From contig NC_006138.1 of NCBI RefSeq assembly GCF_000025945.1, positions 1,590,001-1,622,000 on the forward strand: a stretch of DNA of 32,000 nt. The letters run 5' to 3'. Origin of the DNA: Desulfotalea psychrophila LSv54. GTDB lineage: Bacteria > Desulfobacterota > Desulfobulbia > Desulfobulbales > Desulfocapsaceae. The position numbers and the translations under genes are program-made. This document shows, piece after piece, positions 18,353 through 28,500 of this stretch (within the stretch, counting starts at the first letter, position 1; every line of letters begins with the position of its first letter). Below the pieces are notes generated by a model. The model saw nothing but the letters and a program-made list of their open reading frames with translations. It ran no database searches and was not told the origin of the DNA.

Positions 18353-20152
18353 ATGGAAAGTTTAGGATTAACCACGGATATGCTCATTGTGCTTGGCGTG
18401 GTCGTAGCGACTATTGTCCTCTTTTTAACCGAGTGGCTCCGGGTTGATGTGGTGGCAATACTGGTCATGGTCTCCCTACCCCTGTTGGGTGTTATTGATC
18501 CCCACGATACTTTTAAGGGCCTTTCGAGTAATGCAGTTATATCTGTTATTGCCGTGGTAATTATTGGTCGGGGCCTTGACCATGTCGGGGTGGTGAACCA
18601 ACTGGTAAAACCTATTATTCGGCTGGGTGGACGAAGTCGGGCGAAGATTATTATCCTGAGTTGCGGGGCCATAGGCGTAGTTTCAAGTTTTATGCAAAAC
18701 GTGGGGGCTGCGGCCCTCTTCTTGCCGGCAATGCGTCGTCTCAGTCGTCACTCAGGTATCCCCCTGTCAAAACTGCTCATGCCGGTTGCCTTTTCTGCAA
18801 TCCTGGGTGGTACGGTTACCTTGGTTGGCTCAAGTCCTATGATCATGCTTAATGATCTGATCCGACCCTACGGAATTGAACCCTGGGGCCTTTTTGATGT
18901 GGCTCCAATGGGCCTTGCCCTTGTTGTTTCAGGAATAATTTACTTTGTCCTCTTTGGTAATATCCTTCTGCCGGGAGGTAAGGGTGGGGAAGATGAGGAG
19001 AAGGGGGCCGATGTAAAGACCCACTATCCCAAGGTGGGTGATCTCTGGGAGCTGATGGTCCCGGCTGGCTTTACCGCCTCTCTGGCCATTGATGATCTCT
19101 GTGAAAGCTATGAGATTCAACCCATTGCCCTGCGCATGCCTCAATCGGGAGAGGTGATTGTCTCTCCAGATCGGATTATGATGATTGAGCCCGGCGCTAA
19201 GATAGCTGCCTATGGAGAGGTGGCAAATATGAAGCGCCTTGCCGCTGATCACGGTTTTACTTATCAGTCTGAGGTGGAAAGTTTTTCTCATTATCTTGAA
19301 GAAGATTATGCGGGTGTTGTTGAAGGTGTGGTTGCTCCTCACTCAGCCTTTGTCGGCAGAACCATGCTGGAAAATCGATTTCGCCATAGTCAGCTGATGG
19401 TGCCTCTGGCCCTCACTCAAAACGCTCAGACCATGTACAGCGGTTTTCAGGATAAGGTCCTCAGCGTAGGTGACTCAATTTTGCTGCACAGTAGCTGGGA
19501 CCACTTTCAATCACAGCGACCCCAAAAAAATATACTCTTTGCCCGATCGGTGGATCATGAAATAATGCGACCTGAGCTGGCAAAACGCGCCTTGGCCTCA
19601 TTCGGGGTTGCCATGGCCCTGGTAATATTTGGTTCTCTGCCGCTCTCTGTCTGTTTGATGATTGGGGCTCTGTTGATGATCGTCTCAGGAGTATTAAGCA
19701 TTGATGAGGCCTATCAGGGGGTTGACTGGCGTACCGTCTTTCTCCTTGGTGGACTTATTCCCCTGGGGGGTGCCATGCAGCAGACGGGTACGGCTGCCTG
19801 GATTGCCGATACTCTTCTCGGACTTCTGGGAACGCCTCCCCAGTTTGTCTTTATTCTCTTTGTCGGTGCAATCACCACATTTTTTAGCCTGGTCGTCTCC
19901 AATGCAGGGGCCTGTGTGCTTCTGGTGCCACTGGTGGTTGATATGGCCGGTCGGATGGGGGTTGATCCTCGCCTTGCTGCTATGGTGGTTGCGGTGGCTT
20001 GTTCTAACTGCTTTTTGTTGCCAACCCATCAGGTTAATGCCCTCTATATGGGGCCGGGACGCTATAAGAGCATTGACTTTCTCAGGGTGGGAGCGCCCTT
20101 TACCCTGATTTCCCTCTTTGTTATCACCTGTATGGCTACAGTTTTTTATTAG
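18353..20152 (+). CDS. SLC13/DASS-family (ArsB/NhaD-like) anion permease with central TrkA-C-like domains
   Basis: 599 aa; TEWLRVDVVAILVMVSLPLLGVI, SFMQNVGAAALFLPAMRRLSRHSGIP, ILGGTVTLVGSSPMIMLNDLI, SNAGACVLLVPL and a central soluble region with RCK_C-like repeats. Confidence 0.88.
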   Translation: MESLGLTTDMLIVLGVVVATIVLFLTEWLRVDVVAILVMVSLPLLGVIDPHDTFKGLSSNAVISVIAVVIIGRGLDHVGVVNQLVKPIIRLGGRSRAKIIILSCGAIGVVSSFMQNVGAAALFLPAMRRLSRHSGIPLSKLLMPVAFSAILGGTVTLVGSSPMIMLNDLIRPYGIEPWGLFDVAPMGLALVVSGIIYFVLFGNILLPGGKGGEDEEKGADVKTHYPKVGDLWELMVPAGFTASLAIDDLCESYEIQPIALRMPQSGEVIVSPDRIMMIEPGAKIAAYGEVANMKRLAADHGFTYQSEVESFSHYLEEDYAGVVEGVVAPHSAFVGRTMLENRFRHSQLMVPLALTQNAQTMYSGFQDKVLSVGDSILLHSSWDHFQSQRPQKNILFARSVDHEIMRPELAKRALASFGVAMALVIFGSLPLSVCLMIGALLMIVSGVLSIDEAYQGVDWRTVFLLGGLIPLGGAMQQTGTAAWIADTLLGLLGTPPQFVFILFVGAITTFFSLVVSNAGACVLLVPLVVDMAGRMGVDPRLAAMVVAVACSNCFLLPTHQVNALYMGPGRYKSIDFLRVGAPFTLISLFVITCMATVFY

Positions 20153-20239
20153 CGGAAAGGGGAAGTGTTTTTGCGCCGGTGAGTAGGAAGCTCGATGCAG
20201 ATCGAGCATCCGGTACGAAAGAGTAGTGCTGAAATGAGG

Positions 20240-20273
20240 GGAGGGAGAGCTTGGCTTTCTCTCCCCTTTTTTT
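20240..20273 (+). terminator. Probable rho-independent terminator after the SLC13-type gene (coordinates approximate)
   Basis: GGGAGAG...CTCTCCC hairpin followed by a T-run. Confidence 0.7.
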
Positions 20274-20282
20274 ATGGCGATT

Positions 20283-20338
20283 AGGGGCTGTTGCAAAATA
20301 AGATGGCCAAAATAGTCATCTTATTTTTTACAGGCCCT
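20283..20338 (+). repeat. Palindromic intergenic repeat, copy 1
   Basis: aggggctgttgcaaaataagatggccaaaatagtcatcttattttttacaggccct; near-palindromic and highly similar to the reverse complement of 23648..23705. Confidence 0.88.
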
Positions 20339-22110
20339 TAGAGACTCTCCACCATCTCTTCGATGACGCCGAGGCCCTTTTGCCAGAAGGCTGGGTCGTT
20401 TAGGTCAAAGCCAAAGGGTTTGAGCAGGTCATATGGCGAGGAAGATCCTCCGGCACTGAGCAATTCAAGGTATTTAGCAACAAAGGCCTCACCCTCTGTT
20501 TGGTAGATGCCGTAGAGGGCAAGGACCAGCAGTTCACCAAAGGCATAGGAGTATACATATCCAGGGGTTGCCAGAAAGTGAGGGATGTATGACCACCAGA
20601 TACGGTAGTTGCTGGTCAGTTGGACAGAGTCACCGAACATTGCCTGCTGGCTGTCGATCCAAAATTGGCTCAACTCCTCATCACTGAGCTCACCCTTCTC
20701 CCGTCTGCCCCTGTGCATGGAATCTTCAAATCGGTTCATGGCTGTCTGGCGAAAGACGGTGGCAAAGATGGACTCCAGTTTTTGGCAGATAAGGGCCTTC
20801 TTCTCTTCCGGGCTACTCAGGAGCTTGAGTTGGGCCTTGAAGACCAGCAGCTCAGCGAAGACAGAGGCAGTTTCGGCCAGAGGCAGGGGCGTGTCGCTAT
20901 TGAAATGGCCCTGGCCAGCGGCCAGTACCTGATGCACTCCGTGACCAAGTTCATGGGCGACGGTTGAGATATCACGGATATTTCCCGTATAGTTGACCAA
21001 TACATAGGGGTGTACTTCGGGTACGCAGGGATGGGCAAATGCGCCACCGCGTTTGGTGTCTTGGATGGGGGCATGTATCCACCCTTTTGCAAAGAACTCA
21101 CCGGCAATTTCTGCCATTTTCGGAGAAAATTCTGCAAAGGATGAAAGAACAATCTCCTTGCACTCCTGCCAGGATGTTGTTCCCGTTGGCAGATGGGGCA
21201 GGGGCGCATAGCGATCGTAGTCGTAGAGCTCTTCCAAACCGAGGATCTCCCGTTTAATATTGTAGTACTTCTCGACAATATCATAGCGGTTGGTCACCGC
21301 ATCCACCAGGGCATCAACGGTACTCTCCTCAAGTTCATTGGCAATGTTCATGGAGGAGAGCCAGCCATCGTAGCGGCGGATTCTGTCGGTGACCATCTTC
21401 TCGGCTGCCAGAGTATTGAAGATATGGGTGAGGATATGCAATTGCGACTGCAGTCCCTCGGTCATCTCCAGGGCGGCGTGCATCCTTGTCTCACGATGCT
21501 CGCTGTAGAGCTCTGTCAGCACCTCCTCTTCGCTGCGTCTTGTCTCGCCAAACTTCAGATGGGCAAATACCTTCTCAAAGAGCGTTGTCCAACTGCTCCG
21601 ACCGGTGATCTCTTTTTCCTGGAGGAGCTGTTCCTCTTTTTCAGAGAGCATATGGGGGCGGTTTTTATTCAATGCTTCAAGGTAGTGGCGATAAAAGGCG
21701 ATTTCCGGGGCGGTCAGGAGCTGGTCAATCCTTTTGCTACTCAGGTGGGTCCACTCCAGTTCAAAGAAGACTATTTCGGCAGAAGAACGGGAGTATTGTT
21801 CATGCACCCGTTGGTCAAGGGCGCCCGCCGTACTGTTGTCCATCTGGGTGGTGAAGTTTAAAAAAGAGTAGGTGCCCAGTTTGGTGAATCTGCAGTCCAG
21901 GGCCTCAAGACGCGCAACGAGCAGGGCCAGGTCGGCAGGAGAAATGGTGGCGATTTTTCCACTCCACTCTTCCCGCAGGGCTATTGCCTCTCCGCTACAC
22001 CAGTTAAGGTCGGTCTCTATCTGTGGATCATTCGGGCTTTGGTAAAGGTCCTGGAGGTTCCAGATAATGTCTGTTGTCTGCAGGTTTTTGTTTAAGGTGC
22101 TGCTCTCCAT
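20338..22110 (-). CDS. pepF: M3-family oligoendopeptidase F-like metallopeptidase
   Basis: Zinc motif HELGHGVHQ plus downstream ETASVFAE; C-terminal PGYVYSYAFGELLVLALYGIY. Track start is 22158; MESSTLNKNLQTTDIIWNL at 22110 is a likely start. Confidence 0.9.
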   Translation of the reverse strand: MESSTLNKNLQTTDIIWNLQDLYQSPNDPQIETDLNWCSGEAIALREEWSGKIATISPADLALLVARLEALDCRFTKLGTYSFLNFTTQMDNSTAGALDQRVHEQYSRSSAEIVFFELEWTHLSSKRIDQLLTAPEIAFYRHYLEALNKNRPHMLSEKEEQLLQEKEITGRSSWTTLFEKVFAHLKFGETRRSEEEVLTELYSEHRETRMHAALEMTEGLQSQLHILTHIFNTLAAEKMVTDRIRRYDGWLSSMNIANELEESTVDALVDAVTNRYDIVEKYYNIKREILGLEELYDYDRYAPLPHLPTGTTSWQECKEIVLSSFAEFSPKMAEIAGEFFAKGWIHAPIQDTKRGGAFAHPCVPEVHPYVLVNYTGNIRDISTVAHELGHGVHQVLAAGQGHFNSDTPLPLAETASVFAELLVFKAQLKLLSSPEEKKALICQKLESIFATVFRQTAMNRFEDSMHRGRREKGELSDEELSQFWIDSQQAMFGDSVQLTSNYRIWWSYIPHFLATPGYVYSYAFGELLVLALYGIYQTEGEAFVAKYLELLSAGGSSSPYDLLKPFGFDLNDPAFWQKGLGVIEEMVESL

Positions 22111-22232
22111 ATATTGCTCCTTTGGCTGATGTGGGATGTTTAAAACTGTAAATTTCACTCCGATCAGCTAAGCCTTAACTCTCTGGGCCAGCTGATCTGT
22201 TGAAAGGCTTACGCGCAATTTCCCCTATGTTT

Positions 22233-23567
22233 TTACTGAGGGCAAGGTTCTAATAATACCACATTTTCTATGTGATATGTCTGGGGAAACATATCAATGG
22301 GCTGTATTTTTTTTATTTGAAAGCCCTGTTTGCTCAGTTCTGCCAGGTCCCGGGTCAGGGTTGCAGGGTCGCAGGAGATGTAGATAAGGCGTTTTTGGCA
22401 GAGCTTGGCCAGTTGGCCGGCAAGTTCGGGTGCTCCCTGTCGTGGCGGATCGATGATCACACAGTCGTAAACCCTCTTGTCGGCGATCAGCTCCGCGCAG
22501 GCCTTATGCACAGGTTTTTGGTAGAAGCTGCAGTTATCAAGCCCATTGTTCAGGGCATTTTTCTTAGCAGAGCGGATGGCAGATCCCTGTCCTTCAAAAC
22601 CGGTGACAGCTTTGGCCTGACAGGCGAGGGGGATGGAGAAATTTCCCATCCCACAAAAAAGATCGAGTACGCTTTCCTCATCTCTTATGTCAGCAAATGC
22701 CAGAACCGTCTCTATCATCTGCACATTTTGCTTTATGTTGACCTGGCAGAATCCGTTTACCTCCCACTGCATGCTGATCTTCTTGCCGGCAAGGGCCTGG
22801 GGCTTGTAGTCCAGGGAGAGTACTTTTCCCTCCTCCGGGGTTTTGCAGTAGGCAGATTGGAGCGGAAAGTTTTCGCCGATGAAATAGATACAGTCAACGC
22901 TTGCAATCTTCTCTCCTAATCGCTTTGCCCTGTTTGTATCAGCTGGTCTGCTCTTTCTCTTTAGGAGGTAGACAAGCTGTACCTGTTCTGTTGCGGGGTT
23001 GAGGATCAGTTCCAGTTGGGAGGCAAGCTGGCAAATTTCACCATGCTCTTCGTGTTCCTCAAGGGCCGTTAATACCTCGTTGATCTGTGGGCTTGCCAAC
23101 AGGCACTTTTTGATGGCTATTATGTCATGGGACTGGTGCTGGCGAAATCCCATTCTGCCGTACTCGTCTATATGCAGTCTGATCCGCTGGCGGTAGAAAA
23201 AATCCTGGGGCGAGGCAATGGGGGCCTGAATGAGGGCAGAGGCCTTTGCCAGCTCAGGCTTGCCGCTTCTTGTCAGTGACTCTTTGACGATCGCCTCTTT
23301 TATTTCCAGTTGCAGCTCAGCCGTGGCGTGCTGCAGGTTACAGCCGCCACAATTTCTTATATAGGGACAGGGTGGCGTAATTCGTCCATCGTGGGCTGTG
23401 ACAATTTTTTTTATTTTGCCGGTGGCATAACCCTTTTTATCCTGGTGGATGGTTGTCTGTATTTCTTCTCCGGGAAGAGTGCCGGGGATGAGAACAATCT
23501 TTCCCTCATCGGTTTTGGTCAAACCATAACCGCCGTTAATTACTTTTTCTATTGTTAAAAGAGGCAT
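22233..23567 (-). CDS. TrmA/RumA-family class I SAM-dependent RNA (uracil-5) methyltransferase with N-terminal TRAM-like domain
   Basis: FeS cysteines CPYIRNCGGCNLQH, SAM site VLDLFCGMGNFSIPLA, catalytic-site region ISCDPATLTRDLAEL. Confidence 0.92.
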   Translation of the reverse strand: MPLLTIEKVINGGYGLTKTDEGKIVLIPGTLPGEEIQTTIHQDKKGYATGKIKKIVTAHDGRITPPCPYIRNCGGCNLQHATAELQLEIKEAIVKESLTRSGKPELAKASALIQAPIASPQDFFYRQRIRLHIDEYGRMGFRQHQSHDIIAIKKCLLASPQINEVLTALEEHEEHGEICQLASQLELILNPATEQVQLVYLLKRKSRPADTNRAKRLGEKIASVDCIYFIGENFPLQSAYCKTPEEGKVLSLDYKPQALAGKKISMQWEVNGFCQVNIKQNVQMIETVLAFADIRDEESVLDLFCGMGNFSIPLACQAKAVTGFEGQGSAIRSAKKNALNNGLDNCSFYQKPVHKACAELIADKRVYDCVIIDPPRQGAPELAGQLAKLCQKRLIYISCDPATLTRDLAELSKQGFQIKKIQPIDMFPQTYHIENVVLLEPCPQ

Positions 23568-23647
23568 AATCAGTTTTTAAATGGTGACAGGTTGTGTACA
23601 ATAGTACCAATTAGTGGTGGACAAACTATTACTTATACGAGGACTTT

Positions 23648-23705
23648 AGGGCCTGTCAGAAAAATAACATGAACATTTTGGCCATCTTATTTTGTAACAG
23701 ACCCT
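23648..23705 (-). repeat. Palindromic intergenic repeat, copy 2 (inverted relative to copy 1)
   Basis: Reverse complement agggtctgttacaaaataagatggccaaaatgttcatgttatttttctgacaggccct closely matches copy 1, with a few substitutions and 2 extra nt. Confidence 0.88.
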
Positions 23706-23718
23706 GAGCTCCTTATAC

Positions 23719-25533
23719 TTGAGGTTCCTTTGCTGTTTTAGGACTTTTCTCCCTTTGATTTATCATATATTATCCTTGTACTGTCGAAATATATTCATAA
23801 CCTTGTTTTTTGTCCTGCTTTTTCAGGTAAATTCTTTTGCCGCATTGCCCCTTGAGGTTACGGTTGAGGGGGTTGAACCCGAATTGCGTGAGAATATCCT
23901 TGCGACCCTGAGGCTTTATGTCTACCGAGATAGCGAACGTATGCAGGAAAAAAACATCCTGGTTCTCTATAAGGAGTCAGATGATGATATTCGTGCCGCC
24001 CTTGGCCCCTTTGGTTACTATTCTCCTCGGATAGAGTCGGATTTGAAGAAGGTGGGCGATGTCTGGCACGCCACATATTCGGTGGATAAAGGGCGGCCCA
24101 TAACTGTTGGCAAGATGCATTTAGAGATTTTAGGTGAAGGCAACGAGGCACCCTACTTTGAAAAGTTGCTTGGCGAGAGGCCATTTGCCCCCGGTGATAT
24201 TCTCTTCCAACCCTTCTATACAAAATATAAGGCCAAGATGCTTCGTATTGCCTTTGCCGAAGGGTATCTTGAGGCAAAATTTATCGAGCACCGTCTCGAT
24301 ATTTATAAGAAAAGATATAAGGCTAATGTCCATCTTGTCCTTGAACTCGGGACGCGTTATCGCTTTGGTGAGCTGCACGCTGAGCAGGAGGTGATTACTC
24401 CAGAGCTGTTGAGGAAATATTTGCGCTATAAAAAGGGCGATCCCTATAGATCTGTCCAGCTCTTTGAGGCCCAGCAGTATCTCTATCGTTCCGGCTATTT
24501 TAAAAATGTTGTGGTCCGTGGTGATACTGACCAGATTGTAGGAGAGGAGGTCGCCGTAACCATCAAGGCAGAACCTCTTGATAAATTCAATAAATATGTG
24601 ATTGGCCTGGGCTATGCCTCGGATACGGGTATACGGGCAACCCTGGGCTGGTATAATCGTCTGCTCAATAAAAGTGGCCATCGCCTGCGGGCTGCCCTGC
24701 AGATAGGTGAAAGGGATAGCTCACTGCAGGCAAGCTATGAGATTCCTGTTTTTGATCCTCGTTATGAGAAGGTGGCGACTTCAGCGGCCTACCAAGATCA
24801 AAAGTGGGATAGTACCAAGAGCAAAATTTTGGCGGCAGGCCCTGCCTATATCTACTCTTCGGCCAAGTTAAAGTATAGCCTGGGAATTGAATACCGTAAT
24901 GAGGACTATAGCATTGGCAGTAGCCGTGGCAGAAGTGCACTGCTGGTGCCTACCTTTTCTGGAAGTTATCTCTTTGCCAGAAAGGATGCCCGGCAGACAA
25001 ATAGTCAATTAAAGCGAGGGGTCCTCTTCTCGGTAAATGTTCGGGGGGCAAGTGAAGCACTTGTCTCCGACGCCTCTTTTCTCCAGGTGCAGTTGGATAC
25101 CGTTGCTGCGGTAAGCCCCATCGACAAGTGGAGAATCATCGGCAGACTCACCCTTGGTGCCACCGAGGTGGATAGTATAAACGACCTTCCCCCCTCTCTG
25201 CGTTTTTATGCCGGTGGTGATATCTCGGTGCGCGGTTATGGTTATCGAACAATTGGTAGCCGGAACAGTGCTGGAGATGTAATTGGTGGTCGCTATACCA
25301 CGGTGGCTAGTCTTGAACTGGAGAGGAGTTTGTCTGAGTATCTGGCCGCCGCTGTTTTTTGGGATGTAGGCAGTGCAACCGTAGAGAAAGAGCCGGATTT
25401 TTATCAGGGTGCAGGCCTTGGCGGTCGTATTAATCTGCCCTTTGGTCAGGTTCGTCTTGATCTGGGCGTTCCCTTAACCGATGTTGATGGGTTTACCGTC
25501 CGCTTGCACTTTTCCATAACGGGTGAGTTTTGA
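23719..25533 (+). CDS. tamA: Omp85-family outer-membrane assembly protein (TamA-like)
   Basis: Signal-like N-terminus, POTRA-like repeats, C-terminal beta-barrel with VRGYGYRTIGSRNSAGDVIGGRYTTVASLELER and terminal aromatic FSITGEF. Start codon uncertain. Confidence 0.85.
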   Translation: MRFLCCFRTFLPLIYHILSLYCRNIFITLFFVLLFQVNSFAALPLEVTVEGVEPELRENILATLRLYVYRDSERMQEKNILVLYKESDDDIRAALGPFGYYSPRIESDLKKVGDVWHATYSVDKGRPITVGKMHLEILGEGNEAPYFEKLLGERPFAPGDILFQPFYTKYKAKMLRIAFAEGYLEAKFIEHRLDIYKKRYKANVHLVLELGTRYRFGELHAEQEVITPELLRKYLRYKKGDPYRSVQLFEAQQYLYRSGYFKNVVVRGDTDQIVGEEVAVTIKAEPLDKFNKYVIGLGYASDTGIRATLGWYNRLLNKSGHRLRAALQIGERDSSLQASYEIPVFDPRYEKVATSAAYQDQKWDSTKSKILAAGPAYIYSSAKLKYSLGIEYRNEDYSIGSSRGRSALLVPTFSGSYLFARKDARQTNSQLKRGVLFSVNVRGASEALVSDASFLQVQLDTVAAVSPIDKWRIIGRLTLGATEVDSINDLPPSLRFYAGGDISVRGYGYRTIGSRNSAGDVIGGRYTTVASLELERSLSEYLAAAVFWDVGSATVEKEPDFYQGAGLGGRINLPFGQVRLDLGVPLTDVDGFTVRLHFSITGEF

Positions 25534-28500
25534 TGATGAAAAAAATATTACTTACCCTGCTCACTCTCTTTTTTTGTCTGCAGGCTTCCCTTGCCGTCCT
25601 CTTTTATAGCGAGGTCGGGACGAGGCTTGTCCAACAGCTCCTGGAAAAATATCCAAATGAAGCGATAAGTATCACCAGCATCGAGGGACGTCTGGGCAGT
25701 GATCTTACCATAAGAGATCTTCTGGTAAAGACTCCTCTTCTTGATATCAGTGCTGATGTTCTCCATCTGGCCCTGAATCCTGCCGGGGTAATTTTGGGCC
25801 ATCTCTCCGTCTCTGAGCTGAAGATTAAAGAGCTTAAATTTTTCTTTAAGGTGGGGGATGATCCTGAGCCAGAGGTCGTTTCCGATGAACCCTTTATTCT
25901 GTCCCTGCCGGAACAGCTTGTCCCTTTTGTGGGTATCTATCTTAAAAATCTGCAGATTGACGGGATCGGCTTCTATGCCCCAGATGGTGAAAGGGTGGAG
26001 TATCTTGATCGGGCCCTTCTCAGTGCCGATGTGGATGGAAAGAGAGTCACTATTCGCAATCTGCAGGTGGAGGATGAGGCCTATGCCGTAAAGCTCTCCG
26101 GTTCCGCCCGAACCGGTAAGGTCTGGCTTGCTGATATCAGTGGAGATTGGCGTTTTTCTAATTGGGATGGAGGTGAACTCTTAGGTACCCTGGCCGCTAA
26201 GGGGCCTCTGCCTGATATGGATGTTAAGGTTGTCCTGCTTGCCCCCACCCGGGTGGATATTGTCGGTAAGATGACCAAGTTGCCGGGCAACCCCTATTTT
26301 GAGGTGACGGGTAAGGGAGTAAAAACGGCCCTGCCCCTTATCCATCCCTCCTGCCCTGATATTCGTCTTGATGCTCAGGTAAAGGCCTGGGGCAATATTA
26401 ATGACTATTATGGAGTTTTAAAGAGTAAGGGTGAGTATTGGAAATTTAAGGGGATAAGCGGTGAGCTGGCCCTGCATGGCAATTTTGATAATATTCATTT
26501 TAAGGATGTCCTCTTTAAGCATGAGAAGACCGTCGTTGGCATAGAGGGTTGCTATCTGGATTGGGAGAACGCCTTTATGGTGGGTGGTCTTCTTAATATA
26601 AGAGGATTTAATCCCGGGGTGATAGATGAGCGATTTTCGGGGAGCCTGGATGGGGTTATTGATGGCAAGCTGACCTATGATGACGCCCTCTCTGCCTGGT
26701 ACAATCTTCAGAATGTGCGGGGAACGCTGCGGGGCTATCCGCTGACCGCCGGGGTTAAATTGCGCTTTACCGGAGACTCCCTTGATCTTGATAAGGTTTT
26801 TTTAAGCAGTGGTTCCTCTTATCTGGACTATCAGGGTCATTTTAAGGAGAAGATGGATATGTCGCTTCGCCTAAGATCCCTGACCCTTGCAACATTACTT
26901 CCCTTTGCCAGTGGCCTGGTGGATGCAGATCTCTCCTTAGCCGGTGATTATGCAACGCCTCTTCTGCGGGGCACTTTTTCCGGAAAAGACCTCCGCTTTT
27001 GGGACTATTATATTGGTGCCATGGATGGTCGGGTGGTCGATGCCTCTGCCCAGGGAAGGGCCCTTCAGCTTAAGGTGGAGGCCAGGGAGCTGCATGGATA
27101 TGGGGTAGATGCGGAGATCGGATCGGTAAATATGGTTGGCACCCCGGAAAAGCATAAGGGCACATTAACTCTGGGGCAGGGGGCAGATTCCCTGAAGATT
27201 CGTTTTGCCGGTGGCTTGAAGGATGCTGCTTGGCAGCTCGGGTTTTCCCGTTTTTCCCTCAGCCATAGGTATTTGGGCAATTGGCATCTTGCCGGTAAAC
27301 CATCCTTTTTATTGAGCAGTCAGGAGATTGCTCTGCAGGGTTTGGATCTTGTTAGTCAGGGGGCAAAATTTCATCTTGAAGGAGGCGCGGATTTCAGTGG
27401 GGAGGAGAATCCCTATAGCTTTTCTGCAGGCCTAAAGGATTATCCCTTAAGCCTATTAAATGATAAAGATATTGTCGACCCACTTCTTTCAGGAAAGGTT
27501 TCAGGAGAGTTGAGCTTGGCAGGCGATGGAGAAAAAATTACCTCGGCAAGGGTTGCCGGCCATCTCGGTGACTTCCGCTTTGCCCTGCCTAGTCTCTCGG
27601 GAAAAGAGAAACAGTACTCCAAGGTAGGGGCAGACCTGAGCGCAGACTTTGATGGCAAGGCGCTGGTTGCAAAGTTTGCAGCGCGGATTAATGAGGGCTT
27701 GGTGCAACTGGACTTAGGGGCTGACTGGAATGGCAATTTACAGGCGAATCTGGGCAGCATCGGGCTAAGCGGTAAGGGCACCATAAGAGCCCTTAGCCTT
27801 GAACCCTTAGGGATATTGACGGGATATCTGTTGGAGTCCGAGGGCGATATTGAAGGCGATTTGGCTCTCTCCGGGACCTTGGGCAAGCCGATCCTGCATA
27901 GCAAACTCGACCTTGTCTCGGGTAATATTCTCCTCCCCTCTCAGGGGGTTGAGCTTAAGGACGTCACCCTTTTGATTGAGAATCTTGAGGACCGTGGTCT
28001 TACCTTAGAGGCCAACCTCTCCTCGGGCGCAGGCCGAGCCCAGGCCACGGGTACTCTTCTTTGGCAGAATGATTTTGATCTGGCAGGTGAGATACAGATT
28101 AAGGGAAAGGATGTGCTTGTCCTCGATATGCCGGAGTATTTGGTTGTGCTTAGCCCGGACATTGACCTGAAATTTGATGGTAAGAGGATGGATATCAGTG
28201 GTAAGATTGCGATCCCTAAGGCGCGGATCATGCCCAATAATCTCTCTTCTGCCGTTTCTCAGTCAGATGATGTTGTCTTTCTTGATCTGAAAACGGGGGC
28301 GGTCGATAGGGCCTATAAACTGCAGACTGGTCTGGAGATTGAATTTGGTGAAGATGTCCGTTTTGAGCAATCCGGTCTGGTGGGAAAGTTGGCGGGTACC
28401 ATCTTTATCAGGGATGAATCCAGTAAACCGATGACCGCCACCGGTAAGCTTAACCTGGTCGATGGCAAATTTGCCGCCTATGGAAGAACGCTTGATATTG

